This document shows positions 20,059 through 29,812 of a stretch of DNA of 64,000 nt, piece by piece. The notes beneath the pieces are model-generated. The model had not been told where the DNA came from and did no database searches. It worked only from the letters and a program-made list of their open reading frames with translations. Made by a program: the position numbers and the translations under genes. Position 1 is the first letter of the stretch, and each line of letters opens with the position of its first letter. The DNA comes from an uncultured Bacteroidales bacterium (GTDB lineage: Bacteria > Bacteroidota > Bacteroidia > Bacteroidales > Bacteroidaceae), in the NCBI GenBank assembly GCA_937876995.1, contig CALEFD010000019.1:7858-71857 (forward strand), in the 5' to 3' direction.

Positions 20059-21132
20059 TTACCAGTTAAATACAGGAGGTTCGTAAGTTGAACCTTCTCT
20101 CCAATCTTCAACCACCACTGTATTGATTTCAACCTTAGATGCTGTATTGAACCTAAGTGTTACTATATATTTTTTTCCTGCTTCGAACTTATTGATTTTT
20201 ACAGCATGACCGGTTATTTCATGATTAGACTGAGTATTATTTTCATTCTTATTATAGGTTATATTGAATGCCAGACTATGCGGATTAGCATCTCCACCAA
20301 ATTCAAATGGAGCTACCAGCATTTTTGATAACACCAATGGATTATTCTCAACTTCATTTGGAATCTCTGAATCTAAAGGAGAATTGATTAATGGATATTT
20401 ACCATCAGCATAGGTAACACTACTCCATGTTGACAGAGTATTATCAAGTACATTTTTAGTAAATTCTCTATCATCAACCATAACTGCCATCTTGTTATTT
20501 GAATCGCCCAGTATCAAAGAGGCAACTTTAAATTCAACATCTCTCATACTTGCTATATCTGCTTTCACTGCACGGATTTCCAGATATGCAAGTTCGTGTT
20601 TAAGTTCAAACTGCACCTTACCATTACTGAACTCGCTTTGATAAGAGCCACTCTTTGTATCGGTAAGAATATCTTTTGCACGCTCTATCTCATTATCTGT
20701 CATTACAGATTGATATTGTGGAATACCACTAAAAGTCATTGTGCGCGCTGCAAGAACTGTAGTCGGACTGCTACTAAATGGAGCATACGCTGTAAAGATA
20801 TAGTTATCATTATCACTCTTTGACCAGTAGGATACAGGTGAATATGTCCAGTTTCCATCTAAATATGTAACCTGCTGATTCTTCATAACAGGAGCTACAG
20901 CGTTGTTCTGCTGAATGTAGGCAGTTACACCTATACCGGTTTCTTGAATACCTGCAACATCGGATATTAGTGCTTTAGTTTCCACACTGCCTGTAAATGA
21001 GATAGGAATCTTTTCCGCAAAGTCTATATTTTCGCGGCTGCACGATGTTAGTATAGACACTGTTATAAAGAGCATTAACAGCGACAACAAACTATCTTTA
21101 TATCTACCTTCTTTTCTATTCATAACAATCAT
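20059..21132 (-). CDS. Fimbrillin-family (Mfa-like / type V pilin-like) lipoprotein, paralog 9
   Basis: 357 aa. Lipobox ILTSC. ETKALIS site. Degenerate central motif (FELKHELAYLEI). C-terminal VEINTVVVEDW. Overlaps the upstream gene by 4 nt. Confidence 0.55.
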   Translation of the reverse strand: MIVMNRKEGRYKDSLLSLLMLFITVSILTSCSRENIDFAEKIPISFTGSVETKALISDVAGIQETGIGVTAYIQQNNAVAPVMKNQQVTYLDGNWTYSPVSYWSKSDNDNYIFTAYAPFSSSPTTVLAARTMTFSGIPQYQSVMTDNEIERAKDILTDTKSGSYQSEFSNGKVQFELKHELAYLEIRAVKADIASMRDVEFKVASLILGDSNNKMAVMVDDREFTKNVLDNTLSTWSSVTYADGKYPLINSPLDSEIPNEVENNPLVLSKMLVAPFEFGGDANPHSLAFNITYNKNENNTQSNHEITGHAVKINKFEAGKKYIVTLRFNTASKVEINTVVVEDWREGSTYEPPVFNW

Positions 21133-22235
21133 TGTGGTTCTACCATCTCTTCATTACCTGACCAATCTCCGTATGTTGCTTCAAGCGATATTCCATCCAA
21201 ACCTATACGGATATTATACACCAGTTTTTTCCCCATTTCAAGCACCTGCTTAGGATTACCCTGTATATTTATTGAGTAACTGAACGTAATAGTATATGGT
21301 TCAACTATAGTCTCATTCTCTTTCGTTGTTGTCTGGGTTACAGAGTATGTTACATCAAGCGCTGCATCCTGATTCAGAGTCTGAGGAATAAGAAGTGCTG
21401 CTAGATCTGTATTTTCATCCAGTTTTACAGGGACACTCTTTGGTTTATTTGTATCATCATATTCCAATTTCGTTCCCTGTCCCGGTTCCTTATTCAAAAG
21501 AGTATAATCTATAAGATAAGGAACGGTATAAGTATCTGACTCATCATACACATCCCATTGCTGGTTTGCATTTTGACTAAAACTGCCTATATAATACATA
21601 TTTTTTAAGGACAGTTTGTCTATGGTTATTGTAACCTGGTTTGTAGTACCATCTGCAGCAGTTGTAGTAAAATACTCCTGCGGTTTTACAGTAAATGCCA
21701 CCTGCGTAAGAGCATGTTTGAATGTTATTGGAACCGTTTCAGGATGTCCTGCATTGGTTATTTTATCAGCCAGTGGAATTGAATACATAAAATCAACCTG
21801 TGTATCATCAAAAGAGTCTATTTTATAATTTAAAAGAGATACACCATTTGGATATTCAATTTTAGCACCTTGTGAAGACAAACTTGCAGGAGAATATGCC
21901 TTAAAATCCATATATCCCGAAAGTGGCCAGTAGTAATCTACAGGAGTGTTCCACACTGTTCCGTTATGACTTACCACATTACTTTCTATATAGTTAGTCT
22001 GCGGTGTTGCATCGTCTTGATTTGTGAAATAGAATGCACTAATACAGAAACTCTCAGTTGTGAGATATTCTGTACTTTGAGTTATGGCTTTAGATGCTCG
22101 AGCCTTGTTAACCACCGGCTGGAAAGTCATAATCTCTTGCTTTTCTACCGGATTATCCAATGCACACGACAACATTAACAATGCTGAAATAAGCATCATT
22201 GCCACCTTATTGTAGATTCTGCACATTCTATTCAT
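21129..22235 (-). CDS. Fimbrillin-family lipoprotein, paralog 8
   Basis: 368 aa. Lipobox MLSC. ASKAIT site. ITFKHALTQVAF motif. C-terminal GISLEATYGDW. Confidence 0.6.
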   Translation of the reverse strand: MNRMCRIYNKVAMMLISALLMLSCALDNPVEKQEIMTFQPVVNKARASKAITQSTEYLTTESFCISAFYFTNQDDATPQTNYIESNVVSHNGTVWNTPVDYYWPLSGYMDFKAYSPASLSSQGAKIEYPNGVSLLNYKIDSFDDTQVDFMYSIPLADKITNAGHPETVPITFKHALTQVAFTVKPQEYFTTTAADGTTNQVTITIDKLSLKNMYYIGSFSQNANQQWDVYDESDTYTVPYLIDYTLLNKEPGQGTKLEYDDTNKPKSVPVKLDENTDLAALLIPQTLNQDAALDVTYSVTQTTTKENETIVEPYTITFSYSINIQGNPKQVLEMGKKLVYNIRIGLDGISLEATYGDWSGNEEMVEPQ

Positions 22236-22245
22236 ATAGTTTTAC

Positions 22246-23310
22246 TCAATACTTACCTGCAAAACAGTCAAATACAATATCATTGATATCTTCCTGTTCC
22301 CAACCTGAAACCACAGGTTCAAAACGGATTTCGTTATTAGCTCCATTCATTGAGAATCCTAAATGATATACATAGCGTACACCTGCTTTAAATTCCCAAT
22401 TCTTGTTATAATCATACAGACTTACAGAAGCTTTCTGATTTGGACGAGCAGAGTAAATCTGACCATTCAGAGTGAATTCGTCAATATCATAAACTACAGA
22501 TATTGTCTGAATATCTACTTTTAAAGGAGTAGGCACCACTACAAACAGAGCACTCTTGTCTTGAATAGATGTCATACTGTCTATAGAAAGATATCTATCT
22601 TCCTGAGTAAGATATTCATCACCGCTAAACAGCACAAATTCTGTTGTATTATCCAGATTTGACCATTCTCCGCCTTTGCCCGGTTCAGGTCCATCAAGAT
22701 AATCGCCGGTAACGCTTACACCACCTACTCTAACCTCTTTAAGCCTGATTTTACCCTTCAGTTCATCGCGTGTAGTTGCATCGCGTGCAGTAACTACCAC
22801 CTGACTGGAAATATGCTTGAATACCATCTTTACAATTGGCATTTCTGTAGCTATCTGGTCATTTGTAGTTGCTACCAAAGGATCGGCCTGTTCACCTATA
22901 GCACTGCCCAAATTTACATTTGTAAGGTTCCATCTGAATGTCTCATTGACCATTTTCAGTTCTGCATTATCGGCGCTATACGGATAGTATGCGTAGAAAT
23001 CTACAGTTCCTTTTTCCGGCCAAAGATAAACATTGTCGCTCGCCGCTTTCCATTCACCCTCCTTATTCTCTATTACTACATTGTTCATAAGGAAGTTGTT
23101 TGGATTATCATCCACTATAGCAGAGACAGCAAACGATTCGGCTTCGGGGAACGATATTTCACCATTCTCCGATCCCCAAGGATTGATAAGCGCTTTAGTG
23201 CTTACTGTACTTGGACCAAATGTAACTTCTGTGCGTGGTATCAATAGTTCGTTCTGTGAACAACATATCAGCACCACAGCCACTGCTACTATTGTTAAAA
23301 CCCTCTTCAT
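22246..23310 (-). CDS. Fimbrillin-family lipoprotein, paralog 7
   Basis: 354 aa. Lipobox LICC. STKALI site. MVFKHISSQVVV. C-terminal NEIRFEPVVSGW. Confidence 0.6.
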   Translation of the reverse strand: MKRVLTIVAVAVVLICCSQNELLIPRTEVTFGPSTVSTKALINPWGSENGEISFPEAESFAVSAIVDDNPNNFLMNNVVIENKEGEWKAASDNVYLWPEKGTVDFYAYYPYSADNAELKMVNETFRWNLTNVNLGSAIGEQADPLVATTNDQIATEMPIVKMVFKHISSQVVVTARDATTRDELKGKIRLKEVRVGGVSVTGDYLDGPEPGKGGEWSNLDNTTEFVLFSGDEYLTQEDRYLSIDSMTSIQDKSALFVVVPTPLKVDIQTISVVYDIDEFTLNGQIYSARPNQKASVSLYDYNKNWEFKAGVRYVYHLGFSMNGANNEIRFEPVVSGWEQEDINDIVFDCFAGKY

Positions 23311-23378
23311 ATCTATATTTTAGAGGTTAATAATTCTCTTTCTTCTAAATATTGTTCTTTACTATATCAATTACCTGT

Positions 23379-24440
23379 TTAAGGCTGCTGATCAGGCACA
23401 TCGTAATCTTCTTTATAATCATCTTTATCAGCGGCATCTTCACCTGGATACCATTCAGCAACTGAAGGTGAGTAAAGAATTCTATCAGCATAAAGTGTAA
23501 GATTCAATGTATATTTCTTACCCATAGCCAATGCTGTTAAAGCGTCATTTGTACCGGAATTCAGATACACATCCTTACTTGTTGAAGTTGTAACATTATT
23601 ATATGTCATTGAGTAAGAGATAACCAATTTCTGCTGCTGATCAACCAAAGCTTGTGGAATAACCAAAACCGGAGTTCCTACTTCTGTAGCAGTTGTTGAC
23701 AATGCGCCGGTTACTGAGCTAAGTATATTAAATTCAGCTTCGTCATTAGAAGTTTCGCTCCATGAAGCTACAGCACTCTCTGTAACGGTTAATGTTGCAT
23801 CATCATTCATATCCTGTAGAGATATACTGTTGATTTTGAATGTAGCACCAGTATATGTATCTGCAACTTTCGCTTTCACTACAATCTGTGATAGTGCGTG
23901 ATTAAATGTAATACCTACACCATTACCACCATCTGCGACACCTTCTTCATCTGTTGCATAACCTACATTTTGGCTATCTTTTGTCAAACCGGTTCTAGGT
24001 GTTGAATACATCAAATCTACCGGGTCTGTTTCTTTGCCAGCAGCAACAAAAGGAATACTCAATTTTTTTTCAGCTAACGTATATGAGGCTACAATTGAAC
24101 TTGGGGACCATGCAACCATTCCTAACGTACCTGATAAAGGCCAGTATGCAACAGGATTTGAAACAAATGTTTTTTCAGTTGCATCATAAGAACAAACTGC
24201 ACCTTTTCCATCGTCGCCATTAATGTATATTTTTGTTTCTGAACCTGAATTATGATATGCATATAGACCAAAAGAGAGGTCTGAAGGATACTTATTTCCT
24301 TCAATTATTGCTTTTGAATTCACTGCTTTGTACTGTAATGGTGAAAAGCCAATCTCTTGTCTCTCCACAATTGATTCATTCTGGGTGCAGCTAACCAAAG
24401 CTATTGTGGCTAATGCTGCTAAAAATAGACTCTTTTTCAT
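23379..24440 (-). CDS. Fimbrillin-family lipoprotein, paralog 6
   Basis: 353 aa. Lipobox LVSC. QEIGF strand. NSKAII site. DLMYS. ITFNHALSQIVV. C-terminal ADRILYSPSVAEW followed by an acidic tail. Confidence 0.7.
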   Translation of the reverse strand: MKKSLFLAALATIALVSCTQNESIVERQEIGFSPLQYKAVNSKAIIEGNKYPSDLSFGLYAYHNSGSETKIYINGDDGKGAVCSYDATEKTFVSNPVAYWPLSGTLGMVAWSPSSIVASYTLAEKKLSIPFVAAGKETDPVDLMYSTPRTGLTKDSQNVGYATDEEGVADGGNGVGITFNHALSQIVVKAKVADTYTGATFKINSISLQDMNDDATLTVTESAVASWSETSNDEAEFNILSSVTGALSTTATEVGTPVLVIPQALVDQQQKLVISYSMTYNNVTTSTSKDVYLNSGTNDALTALAMGKKYTLNLTLYADRILYSPSVAEWYPGEDAADKDDYKEDYDVPDQQP

Positions 24441-24474
24441 AATTTTTCTGTTTTAGTTATCTCTTTAATTGAGT

Positions 24475-25596
24475 TTATTGTACTTCTGGAACAGTATAAT
24501 CACCACTGCCTGTTTCATCCCAAGCAACTACATCTGGTGAATAGAGAATTTCATCGGCTGAAATGCTCAAGTTCAGTGTATAAACCTTATTCTGTTCTAA
24601 TGTTTCAAGTACATCATCCTTAAACAATGTAACAGTTTTGGTAGTTTCTGTTACTACTTCATCATCATCCACCTGATTGTTAGGATCTACAGTCATAGTG
24701 TAAGTTACTTTCAGAGTAACACCATCAAGTGACTGAGGTATTGCCAAAAGACCATTGCCAGCAGTTTCCGCATTCATATAAGTAACAGTATCACTATTAG
24801 CTGACAATTCTTTATATGTTGCAGGAGCATAGAAATCAAAAGTTGTCAAATCATTAGATACATCAGACCAAACTGCTGCATCATTAGTTACTGTAAGGGT
24901 TGCATTATCTTTAAGGCCAACTACCTGGATTTGCTTCAGATTATAGGTTGCAAAACCACTATAATCTTCTGCTGTCTTTGCAGTAATCTTAATACGGCAA
25001 AGTGCATGGTTAAACAGAATAGGTACACCTTTATATGTAGTTGTATTCAGTCCATCAGCATCATAATTGGTATCATTTGCAGTCTTATCCTTTGTATGAG
25101 TACTCCACATCAAATCCTTTTGGTCTGTTGTACCTGCTACAAAGTTGCTTATAGTCAGCACTGAATTAGCAGAAGTCACATTACCTTCACTATCTGTACT
25201 TACATCTATAGAATGTGTAACATCATCATTTACTGAATATGGTGAATAGGCAACAAAGGTCAAAGACCCCTGCAAAGGCCAGAAACTCTTTGGGTTTGTG
25301 CGCCAATTGCCACTTTCATAACTGACTTTCTTATTGTCTATATACAATTTTGCATCGGCCTTACTTGCGTCGAAAGTCTTGCCATCAGCAAGTTGATAAG
25401 CGAACAGACCAAATGAAGGAGCATCTGTTCCGTAAGTAGCACCGGTAATCACGTTTGCTTTTGTCTGTGAAGCTTTGTAGGCTAATGGCTGGAAGCCTAT
25501 CTCCTGCTGTTCAACTATTGATTCATCTTTTGTACAGCCTGCCAAAACCATTGCGGCAACAGCTGCTAAAAACATACTCTTTTTCATATTTTTCAT
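24475..25596 (-). CDS. Fimbrillin-family lipoprotein, paralog 5
   Basis: 373 aa. Lipobox LAGC. QEIGF. QTKANV site. DLMWS. ILFNHALCRIKI. C-terminal ADEILYSPDVVAW. Closest in sequence to paralogs 4 and 6. Confidence 0.7.
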   Translation of the reverse strand: MKNMKKSMFLAAVAAMVLAGCTKDESIVEQQEIGFQPLAYKASQTKANVITGATYGTDAPSFGLFAYQLADGKTFDASKADAKLYIDNKKVSYESGNWRTNPKSFWPLQGSLTFVAYSPYSVNDDVTHSIDVSTDSEGNVTSANSVLTISNFVAGTTDQKDLMWSTHTKDKTANDTNYDADGLNTTTYKGVPILFNHALCRIKITAKTAEDYSGFATYNLKQIQVVGLKDNATLTVTNDAAVWSDVSNDLTTFDFYAPATYKELSANSDTVTYMNAETAGNGLLAIPQSLDGVTLKVTYTMTVDPNNQVDDDEVVTETTKTVTLFKDDVLETLEQNKVYTLNLSISADEILYSPDVVAWDETGSGDYTVPEVQ

Positions 25597-25611
25597 TATT
25601 ATAGAAGGTTC

Positions 25612-26667
25612 TTATTTAATTGGGTAATTCTCGACATTAGTTGTTTCTGACCATGGAACAATGCTTGGTGAGAATAGAATCTCATCGGCACCAATTGACA
25701 ATGTAATGGTGTACTTTTTATTTGCGTTAAGTGTAGCTCCCACTATCTCGCTAAGTTTCTTAGAAACAGTTTTCTGAGTGTCAGGGACATTTTCTCCATT
25801 AATATGAGTCATAGTGTAAGTTACCTCTAACATAATATCATCTGCCAATGTCTGTGGCATAATCATTAAAGGCAAACCAAGTTCTTTTTCTGCATTATCC
25901 AAACCAAAAGCAGATGATAATGAAACAAATGTAGCATCATCGGTAGTAGTTGTTTTCCAACCATCTACACTACCATCTGTAGCGTTAGTTGCTACAACAT
26001 CTTTAACCACTGTAAGTGTACCTTTATTGGCAACGTTTGTAATCTGAATCTTGTCTATCTGCACAGTATTTGCAGGATGATCATTATTTACAGCCATAAA
26101 TCTAACCTGCGCTAATGCGTGATTAAAGACTACTGGAACACCCTGCTTGCTACTATTTTCGTAAGATGTAGTATTGGCAGTAAGATCATCTGCATCAGCA
26201 ATCTTTGAATACATTAAATCTGCCTGATCTGCCACAGTTGTAGAAGATGAGAAATCTGTTACAGTAAGTGTAGCTGTCTGATTAGCAAAAGCACTATTTG
26301 CAGTTGCAGGCGATACAGCTACAAATGTAAGAGAACCGGACATTGGCCAATAATACTTAATAAAAGCATTACCTGTCCACGGTCTCCAGATCTTGTATGC
26401 ATCTGCGCCGTCGTACGCTACTTCTGTACTAAAATAGCTTTCTGAAGATGCAAAATTTGTCAAATAATCGCCCTCTCTTACCAAAGCTGCAAACACTTTG
26501 AAGTTTGGGGCATCAGTACCATAAATAGCACCTTCAATAGGAGCCTTGGTCTGTTTGAAATTGTAGGCACGGAAACCTATCTCCTGAGGCTCTGATGTCA
26601 GTTCCTCCTTAGCACATCCTGCAAATAGTAACATTGCAGATGTCATAAATAATACGACCTTTTTCAT
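25612..26667 (-). CDS. Fimbrillin-family lipoprotein, paralog 4
   Basis: 351 aa. Lipobox FAGC. QEIGF. QTKAPI site. DLMYS. VVFNHALAQVRF. C-terminal ADEILFSPSIVPW. Confidence 0.7.
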   Translation of the reverse strand: MKKVVLFMTSAMLLFAGCAKEELTSEPQEIGFRAYNFKQTKAPIEGAIYGTDAPNFKVFAALVREGDYLTNFASSESYFSTEVAYDGADAYKIWRPWTGNAFIKYYWPMSGSLTFVAVSPATANSAFANQTATLTVTDFSSSTTVADQADLMYSKIADADDLTANTTSYENSSKQGVPVVFNHALAQVRFMAVNNDHPANTVQIDKIQITNVANKGTLTVVKDVVATNATDGSVDGWKTTTTDDATFVSLSSAFGLDNAEKELGLPLMIMPQTLADDIMLEVTYTMTHINGENVPDTQKTVSKKLSEIVGATLNANKKYTITLSIGADEILFSPSIVPWSETTNVENYPIK

Positions 26668-26707
26668 ATTTTTGTTCTTTAAATTTTTTCAGTTATATAA
26701 GTACTTA

Positions 26708-27703
26708 TTACTCCATATCGACTGTAGATACCTGAACCTCTACCCAATCGTTAATGCTTGGAGCGAAGTTGATTTCGTCAAGTTTGAAGTTCAAGGTATA
26801 GATATACTTCTTACCCATCTGCCATTCGGTTGCAGCTGCATTATTTGCTGTAGCCGGGTTAAGCGCAATATTGAAAGTGTATTCTATATCGTCTGTATTC
26901 TGCATTGAGACTGTAAATACAACATCGGCAGTTGCAGCTGTTTGCGGAATAAATAGCAGAGGCGCACCGTATGTTGCAGCAGGAGTACCTTGAGCTGTCT
27001 CAACAGCTGCTGCACTTGTTTGTGCATAATATGAATAATCTGATGTCTGGTCTGTATTCTTGCTCCAGCCTGCTATTGGAGTAGCCAAAGAATTATTCTG
27101 ATTAAAATCTGCTGTTAAATCTACATTCTTAAAGGTGATTGAATTGATTTTAACTGTTGCATCTGCATAAGTGTCGTTGGTCTGATAGCGGAACTCTATC
27201 TGGCTGAGTGCATGGTTAAACACCATAGGAAGAGCAGCCTGCTCAGGTCCTACATTGTACGCATACATCAAATCAGTTTCTTGAGTATTTGGAGAGATAG
27301 CATAATCTGCTATTGTTGCACCAGTATTCCAGGTAAAAGCAGGAACGGTTGTTTCGGGATAAAAAGCATAGAAACCAACCTTACCCTGATTTGGCCAATA
27401 GTAGTGGTTTGTGGCATTACGCCATTTGTCTTCATCTGCCAAATATGAAATCTCCACACCTTTCATAAAGTTTGGTGCAGCGTCTGCAGCCACATCAGAA
27501 AAATCGCCTTTCTGTGTATAGTAACCCCACACTTTGAACTTTAAATTTTCTGTGAATGTACCTCCGGTAATTATAGCTTTAGTATTCTTACGTACCACTG
27601 CATTGAAACCTACTTCGTTAAGTTCCGGTGTATCAATCTCATTCTGTGTACAAGCTGTCAAGCCAAGTACTGCCAATATTGTAAAGAATTTTAAAGTTTT
27701 CAT
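26708..27703 (-). CDS. Fimbrillin-family lipoprotein, paralog 3
   Basis: 331 aa. Lipobox LTAC. NEVGF. NTKAII site. DLMYA. MVFNHALSQIEF. C-terminal DEINFAPSINDW. Confidence 0.7.
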   Translation of the reverse strand: MKTLKFFTILAVLGLTACTQNEIDTPELNEVGFNAVVRKNTKAIITGGTFTENLKFKVWGYYTQKGDFSDVAADAAPNFMKGVEISYLADEDKWRNATNHYYWPNQGKVGFYAFYPETTVPAFTWNTGATIADYAISPNTQETDLMYAYNVGPEQAALPMVFNHALSQIEFRYQTNDTYADATVKINSITFKNVDLTADFNQNNSLATPIAGWSKNTDQTSDYSYYAQTSAAAVETAQGTPAATYGAPLLFIPQTAATADVVFTVSMQNTDDIEYTFNIALNPATANNAAATEWQMGKKYIYTLNFKLDEINFAPSINDWVEVQVSTVDME

Positions 27704-27750
27704 ATTATTTTCTCCTTATTATATATTATATGGTTCTATTTTTTCTATTT

Positions 27751-28782
27751 TCAAATCTCAAAATCTATGTTATTTCCGGTTTCCCAGTTCTCTACTGTAG
27801 GATCAAAAGATATTTCGTTCAGACCAATTCTTATATTATAGGTGTAGATATATCCCATCTTCCACTCTTGTACTGTAGAGAAATATTTGGTATCGGTAGA
27901 TGTACTGCCATTGTCAAATTCTATGGTATATACTATTTCTACTGCATCTATATCCAAGTTCTGTCCCCACTTGTATCCACTTGCATTTTGCGGAATAGGC
28001 AGAATTGGGGTTCCAACCTGGACAGATGTTGTTCCATCTATAACTAAAGATACAGGCGATGATACCACTACATAATCTGAAGCCTGAGAATAGTTACTCC
28101 AGGAACCTGTTTCGCGTGTTCCATCGGTAGTCGCATAATCTGCCATTGTATTTAAGCCATGCAATACAAGTTTATCTATAGTGATTGCACTTACATTGGT
28201 ACCGGCTGTATAATTAAAGTTACTCTGCGCTCTGAACTTTATCTGCGATAACAGATGACGGAAAGTTACAGGAACAGGGGCAACAGAATTCTTTTTTTCT
28301 GTAATTAAATCGGCAGCCATTAGGTCTATCTGCTTGTTTACATCTGTTGGAGCAACAAAATCTGTAAACGATACACCTTCTGTATATGATGCCGATATAG
28401 TTCCATTAAATTCATACGGACTATAACAAGCAAAGGTTAAAGAGCCCTCTGATGGCCAGAAATATTTTTTTGCAATATTTCTCCAGGAACCATCTGTTGC
28501 ATCCTTTTCTATTTCCACATTATCCATATAGTTTGCTGCTGCCCAAGAACCATCTTCCAATTGGTGGAAAGCATACACTCCAAAGTGTTCTGCTTCATTA
28601 TATGCAGAACCTATAATCCCAAAGACATTTGCTTTGGTGGAATTAAGAGCAACCGCCTTGAAACCTATCTCTTCTCTTTCAACGCTGTACTCTTTTTCTG
28701 TGCAAGCCATAAAGGCTGGCACCAAGGTTAACAAAATGTAATAAAACCGTTTCATGTTATCTGTAAATATTATTTTTTCCAT
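27751..28782 (-). CDS. Fimbrillin-family lipoprotein, paralog 2
   Basis: 343 aa. Lipobox FMAC. EEIGF. STKANV site. DLMAA. VTFRHLLSQIKF. C-terminal NEISFDPTVENW. An alternative start at Met10 (nt 28755) is possible. Confidence 0.7.
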   Translation of the reverse strand: MEKIIFTDNMKRFYYILLTLVPAFMACTEKEYSVEREEIGFKAVALNSTKANVFGIIGSAYNEAEHFGVYAFHQLEDGSWAAANYMDNVEIEKDATDGSWRNIAKKYFWPSEGSLTFACYSPYEFNGTISASYTEGVSFTDFVAPTDVNKQIDLMAADLITEKKNSVAPVPVTFRHLLSQIKFRAQSNFNYTAGTNVSAITIDKLVLHGLNTMADYATTDGTRETGSWSNYSQASDYVVVSSPVSLVIDGTTSVQVGTPILPIPQNASGYKWGQNLDIDAVEIVYTIEFDNGSTSTDTKYFSTVQEWKMGYIYTYNIRIGLNEISFDPTVENWETGNNIDFEI

Positions 28783-28787
28783 TTTCG

Positions 28788-29801
28788 TTAAGGAACTTGA
28801 ATTCTATTCACGCTTATCTCTGTCCAATCTGTAACCTCTGGATTGAATGTAATTTCATTTAAATTGAAATTGAGAGTATAAACGTATTTAGTACTTAAAT
28901 CCCAACTCTTTTGCAATGTTGATATATCTTTAACCAACTGACCGGTCATAACAGTTCCATCGGCTTGAATCATTCTATATGAAATACTGATAGATGTTTT
29001 TGCGTTATCTGCCTTGCTCAGTTCTTGCGGCATCATTACCATTGCAGTTGAATAGGTACTTGCAGTAGCAGAAAGAGACTTCTTATCGTCTGAATACAAT
29101 ATGTTCTCTATCTGGCAGTCTGTATTATCAATCCAACTTCCCATGCTTGAAGGCTGAACATATTTGAATGTTGCCTGCAAATCAACATTTAAGAGTTGAA
29201 TCTCATCTATATAGAATTCCACATCCGGATAGTTCTCTTCTAATTTAAGAGCGAACTCTATTTGCGATAAGGCATGCTTAAACTGAATAGGCAGCGCCGT
29301 TGAACGATTTGTACCTAATGTATAAGCATACATCAAATCTGTATATTTAGATGTTACGTCCAATTTATAATTTTCAACAACCAAACCGTTACCTTTAAAT
29401 TCCGGTGCCTGTACTCCCGATAGCCCGGATGGATATATTGCATAAAAACCAATCACACCTGTTGTTGGCCAATAGTAATACTTATCCTTATTACGCCATG
29501 CTTCAGGGCGTGAAGCATCATTTCCGGAAGTCCATTCTATTTTGAGGCCATCCATAAAGTTCGATGTTGAATTATCTGCAAATTCATTAAACGAACCATC
29601 ATTGGAATAGAAACCCCAAATATCGAATGATTCTGTTTGTGGCAAAGCACCGGCAGACAATATTGCTTTTGTAGCATTACCGGTAACAGCATTGAACCCT
29701 ATTTCCACAGTTTCCGGCATATAGGACTCATTTGTGGCACAAGATGCCAAAAGCCCCAATGCTATTGCTAAAACTGATAATTTCTTTCTCTTCACTTGCA
29801 T
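28788..29801 (-). CDS. Fimbrillin-family lipoprotein, paralog 1 (start revised to an internal Met)
   Basis: The longest ORF reaches 29846 but would overlap the upstream gene by 34 nt. Met16 (ATG 29801-29799) gives a canonical lipoprotein signal, MQVKRKKLSVLAIALGLLASC. VEIGF. ATKAIL site. DLMYA. IQFKHALSQIEF. C-terminal NEITFNPEVTDW. Confidence 0.7.
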   Translation of the reverse strand: MQVKRKKLSVLAIALGLLASCATNESYMPETVEIGFNAVTGNATKAILSAGALPQTESFDIWGFYSNDGSFNEFADNSTSNFMDGLKIEWTSGNDASRPEAWRNKDKYYYWPTTGVIGFYAIYPSGLSGVQAPEFKGNGLVVENYKLDVTSKYTDLMYAYTLGTNRSTALPIQFKHALSQIEFALKLEENYPDVEFYIDEIQLLNVDLQATFKYVQPSSMGSWIDNTDCQIENILYSDDKKSLSATASTYSTAMVMMPQELSKADNAKTSISISYRMIQADGTVMTGQLVKDISTLQKSWDLSTKYVYTLNFNLNEITFNPEVTDWTEISVNRIQVP

Positions 29802-29812
29802 ATCTTCTGTAA

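Noticed and set aside
24063-24070. T8/A8 homopolymers (24063-24070 within fimbrillin paralog 6; 32369-32376, 32448-32455 and 48645-48652 intergenic) as phase-variation tracts
   Set aside because: A/T runs of 7-8 are expected often in an AT-rich genome and are shorter than typical contingency tracts. Only the C10, A10 and G8 tracts in the 60-64 kb module seemed unusual enough to report.
19010-29801. Regularly spaced ~1.05-kb units, which could suggest a DNA-level tandem repeat or a CRISPR-like array
   Set aside because: The periodicity comes from ten diverged paralogous genes. Nucleotide identity between neighbours is modest (roughly 70% at best in the N-terminal regions by eye). There are no short direct repeats with unique spacers.
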